Assembly: GCA_038861545.1 (NCBI GenBank)
Contig: JAWCCZ010000005.1
Location: 32,001 to 96,000, forward strand
DNA from: Thermofilaceae archaeon
Lineage (GTDB): Archaea > Thermoproteota > Thermoprotei > Thermofilales > Thermofilaceae
DNA: 64,000 bases
Direction: 5' to 3'
Of the stretch, positions 60,570-64,000 are shown piece by piece. The number at the start of each line of letters is the position of its first letter. The stretch's first letter is position 1. A program made the translations under genes and the position numbers. The notes beneath the pieces were generated by a model. That model did not search any database, was not told where the DNA came from, and saw only the letters and a program-made list of their open reading frames with translations.

Positions 60570-60598
60570 ACATGGGAGATAAGTGTTTAGCGTATAGA

Positions 60599-61105
60599 TT
60601 ACGCTTGAAAGGCTTCAAAAATATGTGAATGCTCCTTTAACCTCCTGAAAGTATCATTTAGAGATTCAGGTATAACCTTTGTGTCAGCAATCACCGGCAT
60701 AAAGTTCGTATCTCCAATCCATCTTGGAACTATATGTATGTGCAGGTGACTTTCAAGCCCCGCGCCAGCCGCCCTACCAAGGTTAACGCCCAAGTTTAAA
60801 CCGTCAGGAGTTAACGCGCGTTTAACTAACTCAACAGATAGTTTTATAGATTCAGCTAAATTGTAAAGTTCATCCCTAGTTAACTCTAAAAATTCCGCTA
60901 CGTGCCTTCGGGGTGCGAGAAGCAAGTGACCGGTATTGTAAGGGAACTTATTCATTAGTAGGATTACATAACAATCTCTGTGAATTACCAAATGTTCCTC
61001 TAAATTATCTGATTCGGCGGCTTTGCATATAAAGCACTCTTGCTCTTTTTCCACTTTTGTGTACTCTATGTATTTCATTCTCCATGGCGCCCATAGAAAT
61101 TTCAC
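60599..61105 (-). CDS. HIT-family nucleotide hydrolase (Ap4A hydrolase-like)
   Basis: LWAPWR, CFIC, NKFPYNTGH, HLHIHIVPRW.GDTNF. Confidence 0.93.
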   Translation of the reverse strand: MKFLWAPWRMKYIEYTKVEKEQECFICKAAESDNLEEHLVIHRDCYVILLMNKFPYNTGHLLLAPRRHVAEFLELTRDELYNLAESIKLSVELVKRALTPDGLNLGVNLGRAAGAGLESHLHIHIVPRWIGDTNFMPVIADTKVIPESLNDTFRRLKEHSHIFEAFQA

Positions 61106-61172
61106 TTCATCACCTAATCATTGGGGAAAAAGTTTATACTAAAACATTTTGCCTAATATAAATATATAACTC

Positions 61173-61218
61173 ATAAAATTAATTATAACTTATAATTATA
61201 AGTTATAATTAATTTTAT
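61173..61218. repeat. Perfect 46-bp AT-rich palindrome
   Basis: ATAAAATTAATTATAACTTATAA|TTATAAGTTATAATTAATTTTAT; 23-bp arms with no spacer. Confidence 0.95.
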
Positions 61219-61230
61219 ACTTTTCAACCT

Positions 61231-61381
61231 CTTGAGTTTTCACTTATAGAGGGGTAGCTCTGGATGCACTGGTTACCGCAATAACTGAGCATCTAGTTCA
61301 AATACAGGTAATAATGAAAATCCTGCTGTCAAAACAGTAGAGCTACTGGACTTACACATATTAACGGTATGTGAATTCAAG
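61231..61381 (+). other. Unassigned structured element (candidate ncRNA)
   Basis: Nested stems: CTTGAGTTTTCAC/GTGAATTCAAG, GTAGCTCT/AGAGCTAC, GGATGC/GCATCT, GGTTA/TAACT, CAGG/CCTG, CTGT/ACAG. G-U pairs form only on the + strand. Confidence 0.45.
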
Positions 61382-61480
61382 CTTATGGCTATGTAATAAA
61401 TGATGCACTTGGTACTTTTATTCATAAAGCGTTGCTGCGAGGTAAAAACTTTAAAGCATGAATCCGAAGGCTCACAAGTT

Positions 61481-62080
61481 ATGTCACAAAAAACTGCTAG
61501 ACAAGTTCGGAGTAAATGGGAAACAAAAAAGTGGTTTACAGTCATAGCTCCCAGTACTTTTGGTTACGCTGAGCTTGGCCTTATACCGGCTAGCGAGGAA
61601 AAAAACATTATCGGAAGAACTATGGAAATAAGCTTTTACGATATAACGAAAGATATATCACAGCTTCCCATTAAACTTAGATTCAAAATAGTAAAAGTTA
61701 GCGAAGATGATAAAGCTTATACACAACTAAAACAAATAGAGATAACTAGAGATTACATTAGAAGCTTAGTGAGACGGGGAACTTCGAGAATAGATACGAT
61801 AAAAGATATCGAAACTAAAGATGGAGCCAAGCTTAGGATAATGTGTATGATAATAACTCAAAGTAGGATTAAAGCTTCTCAGAAAAAAGCATTAAGGAAG
61901 ATAATATTAAACCTATTAGATGAAAAAATTTCTGAAATGACATTTGATGAATTAATTCAAGAAATAGTTCTTGGTAAATTGACAATCGAATTAGAAATAA
62001 TTGCTAAGAAAATATACCCTATTAAAAAGGCTGAAGTTCGAAAGGTTAAAATATTATCTCAACCTATTAACTCAAATTAG
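61481..62080 (+). CDS. rps3ae: 30S ribosomal protein S3Ae (eS1)
   Basis: KW..KKWF.V.AP..F, GRT.E, DYIRSLVRR.TSRID, KKIYP....EVRK; ATG at 61481 with TTTAAA upstream. Confidence 0.96.
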   Translation: MSQKTARQVRSKWETKKWFTVIAPSTFGYAELGLIPASEEKNIIGRTMEISFYDITKDISQLPIKLRFKIVKVSEDDKAYTQLKQIEITRDYIRSLVRRGTSRIDTIKDIETKDGAKLRIMCMIITQSRIKASQKKALRKIILNLLDEKISEMTFDELIQEIVLGKLTIELEIIAKKIYPIKKAEVRKVKILSQPINSN

Positions 62081-62085
62081 TGTTG

Positions 62086-63180
62086 TTATTTTAAGTATTT
62101 AATGGATCGGAAACCGATAGCCTGTGCAATAATAGATAGGGATTCACGTTGAACCTCCGAAGAACTACACCTTCCACTGAAACCTCCCGCTAGTTCGTGC
62201 CCGCCGCCACTTCCCTTTATCCTCTTAGCTAGTTCAGATACGACATGGCGTCCTACATGTAGCTTATTTTTTTCACAAAACTTTCTTGAAAACCTTATAC
62301 TCAACCTGCACTCATCGTCTCTTTCACAGGTAACTATCGATACGTCTGCACCTAAGGTTATTAACGACCTAGCCACTGAAGCTTCATGCGAACTAACCTC
62401 GCTCACAGCTACCAGGAATTCACCTAACCTAATTACACTCGACCTAATTGCCCCTTTAAGCCTAGCCACTTTCTCTGAAAAGTCAATTTCTTCTTCGAGC
62501 AGTTCTAAGGCTTTTAAATAATCGCCACCTCTCTTCAGCATACACGCTGTAAGCTTGAGAGCAACAGGGCTAACGTGGATGAATCTTTTAGTATCGAAAA
62601 GTGTTCCTGCAAGTGCCAAAGTTGCTAAGACAGGTGAAAGAGGTATTTTCAACTCCTCTATAACTTGATAAACAATTAATGACGAAGCAGGCTCTTCTAG
62701 GATTACGGTAAAGTCGGCCTTCTCAGCTAGATCTCCTGGTGGTATGTGGTGATCTAACACGAGCAACGTCTCAGCACTGTTAATTATGGAGGCAAAACCT
62801 CCAACTTGGTTATAGTTGCTCGTATCTACAACAGCGACTGAGCCTATTGTTTCACAGTCCGGTTCTACCATATATTCGAAAGTCAAACCTAGGTTTCTCA
62901 ATAACTTGCGCGAGAGTTTGCTAGGACCACTTGGAAAAGCTACTTTTACATTGCAAACACCAGCCCTTTCTAAGACATGCTTAAGTAGAAGTGCCGTGGC
63001 TATGGCATCTGGGTCAGCATTTACGTGAGTAACAATTAAAGCTCCTTTCCATGACGATTGCGCGAAGCTCCGTACTTTTAAAGAAGGCTCAGATAAACCT
63101 GAAACCCTTAGCTTCAACCTTAAGAGCAAGTTCTGCCAATGCTCTGTCGAGAATACTCGCAAGCTCACGATCGACGTCAC
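62086..63180 (-). CDS. DHH-family phosphoesterase (NrnA-like)
   Basis: H.NADPDA, VVDT, LDHH, FDTKRF, GGGH. True start is probably near the upstream stop (about 63090-63120). Confidence 0.9.
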   Translation of the reverse strand: MTSIVSLRVFSTEHWQNLLLRLKLRVSGLSEPSLKVRSFAQSSWKGALIVTHVNADPDAIATALLLKHVLERAGVCNVKVAFPSGPSKLSRKLLRNLGLTFEYMVEPDCETIGSVAVVDTSNYNQVGGFASIINSAETLLVLDHHIPPGDLAEKADFTVILEEPASSLIVYQVIEELKIPLSPVLATLALAGTLFDTKRFIHVSPVALKLTACMLKRGGDYLKALELLEEEIDFSEKVARLKGAIRSSVIRLGEFLVAVSEVSSHEASVARSLITLGADVSIVTCERDDECRLSIRFSRKFCEKNKLHVGRHVVSELAKRIKGSGGGHELAGGFSGRCSSSEVQRESLSIIAQAIGFRSIKYLK

Positions 63181-63388
63181 CCGACGAATACTTAATTTTA
63201 ACCGCGGCTTCTACTTCAACTACATAGGGCCACTCATCACTTACTCGTACTTTAATGTTACTGCTTTGAGTACCGTCGCCGAAACTATTCTCTATAAGTT
63301 CTGCAATTCTGTTAGCTAACCAATTCGCAATCTCCTCTATTTCATCGCGCGAAATTTTGCTAGCCAGCTCCCGTTTGAGCACTGCCAA
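63089..63388 (-). CDS. DUF3194-like protein
   Basis: Size, pattern and position between prefoldin beta and DHH. Confidence 0.6.
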   Translation of the reverse strand: MAVLKRELASKISRDEIEEIANWLANRIAELIENSFGDGTQSSNIKVRVSDEWPYVVEVEAAVKIKYSSGDVDRELASILDRALAELALKVEAKGFRFI

Positions 63389-63719
63389 CCCTTTTCACCA
63401 GTTTTTTCTCCAATTCTTCTAACTGTTCCTTTAATAATCCTTCTTGCTTTTCTAATGCCTTTAACCTTATCTCTAACATTTCTTTCAAATCATTTAACTC
63501 CTTGATAACGACATCCTTCTGCCTATGAATCATTATAGATCCCACAATTTTATAAATTGGTGCATCTTCCTTGAGGGAACCTAGTTCGCGTAATGCGTCA
63601 TTCAACTCGCTTAGCTGGGACTGAATTTGTTGTCTGTTAATGGCTAGTACTCTTAGTCTTTCAACTAGATCTTGGTACCTCTTTATCTCGGCCCGAAGGG
63701 TTTCGGATACTTCTGCCAT
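63360..63719 (-). CDS. pfdB: Prefoldin beta subunit
   Basis: Coiled coils flanking IYKIVGSIMI; ATG at 63719. Confidence 0.93.
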   Translation of the reverse strand: MAEVSETLRAEIKRYQDLVERLRVLAINRQQIQSQLSELNDALRELGSLKEDAPIYKIVGSIMIHRQKDVVIKELNDLKEMLEIRLKALEKQEGLLKEQLEELEKKLVKRVGSAQTGAG

Positions 63720-63846
63720 ATGATGCGAGGAAAAGAGGGGCAATTTATGTATGCCGTTGAAGGTGGTTGTTAGTCATGCTTGGGTTATTGCCACTAGTTA
63801 ACTCATTGTAACTTAAAACCTCGGCTTATAAATAAACCTGTTTCTT

Positions 63847-64000
63847 TTAATTAAATTCAGTTAATGTTTTTTCGGTTGATTCTAAAACCGTTAACAGCCT
63901 GAGAAAACTGTTAAGTGAAGCTCTAAGAGAAGCTCGTTTAGAAGAGGCAATTTTCATCTTTAATTGCTCGCCCTCCAGAACAACCTCCATTAAAACGCGT
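63847..64000 (-). CDS. pcc1: KEOPS subunit Pcc1 (3' part, cut by the window edge); not in the ORF track
   Basis: ...LKMKIASSKRASLRASLNSFLRLLTVLESTEKTLTEFN*; SLRASLNSFLRL signature; upstream of prefoldin beta. Confidence 0.8.
   Translation of the reverse strand, partial: RVLMEVVLEGEQLKMKIASSKRASLRASLNSFLRLLTVLESTEKTLTEFN

Noticed and set aside
61184-61207. Resemblance of ATAACTT...AAGTTAT to loxP arm ends
   Set aside because: Only 7 bp per arm in AT-rich DNA, no asymmetric spacer, and no recombinase in the window
61250-61305. tRNA or tRNA remnant (GGGGTAGCTC...GTTCAAAT)
   Set aside because: No acceptor-stem or T-stem complementarity; a cloverleaf cannot be built
61273-61545. 90-aa minus-strand ORF across the structured element
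   Set aside because: Overlaps the S3ae start antisense, has atypical composition and no motif
1611-63028. Numerous antisense or overlapping short ORFs in the track (e.g. 1611-1811, 9380-9775, 21833-22174, 27994-28485, 32888-33346, 34471-34965, 42009-42434, 50339-50575, 57125-57436)
   Set aside because: They are shadows of well-supported genes on the other strand or frame and carry no motifs
1-64000. CRISPR array, IS elements, rRNA, SRP or RNase P RNA
   Set aside because: No periodic repeats, transposases or matching conserved motifs seen

Overview
Archaeal core-genome window with no CRISPR array, transposase or integrase visible. It is crenarchaeal and most consistent with Thermoproteales/Thermofilaceae. 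That call is an inference from the multi-intron tRNA, L13e, bifunctional PGI/PMI, fragmented ribosomal-protein operons and short P0. The window is dominated by translation genes: GlyRS, TrpRS, HisRS, MetRS, AlaRS, EF-1beta, ABCE1, NAC, SecY, RIO2, KEOPS Cgi121/Pcc1, MtaB, THUMP, RtcA, a SPOUT methylase and about 20 ribosomal proteins. SAM/purine salvage genes (PRTase, MTAP, AhcY, MAT) are also present. Features missing from the ORF track: two intron-containing tRNAs (Phe-GAA with two introns, Leu-TAG), four C/D box sRNAs, several small CDSs (S14, a DUF1610 Zn-ribbon protein, a carboxylase epsilon-like subunit, a 38-aa ORF, partial Pcc1) and a decayed DUF62 pseudogene. Most interesting candidates: (1) a perfect 46-bp AT palindrome directly followed by a ~150-nt multibranch structured element between HIT and S3ae; (2) a four-gene biotin-dependent carboxyltransferase module with no biotin carboxylase or Na+-pump subunit, carrying an unusual PxpC-like/BCCP-tether protein; (3) a ribophorin-I-like membrane protein; (4) a C/D sRNA whose guide is complementary to the 16S anti-Shine-Dalgarno end; (5) an in-place inversion of S5-L30 and a tail-less P0 with no adjacent P1.
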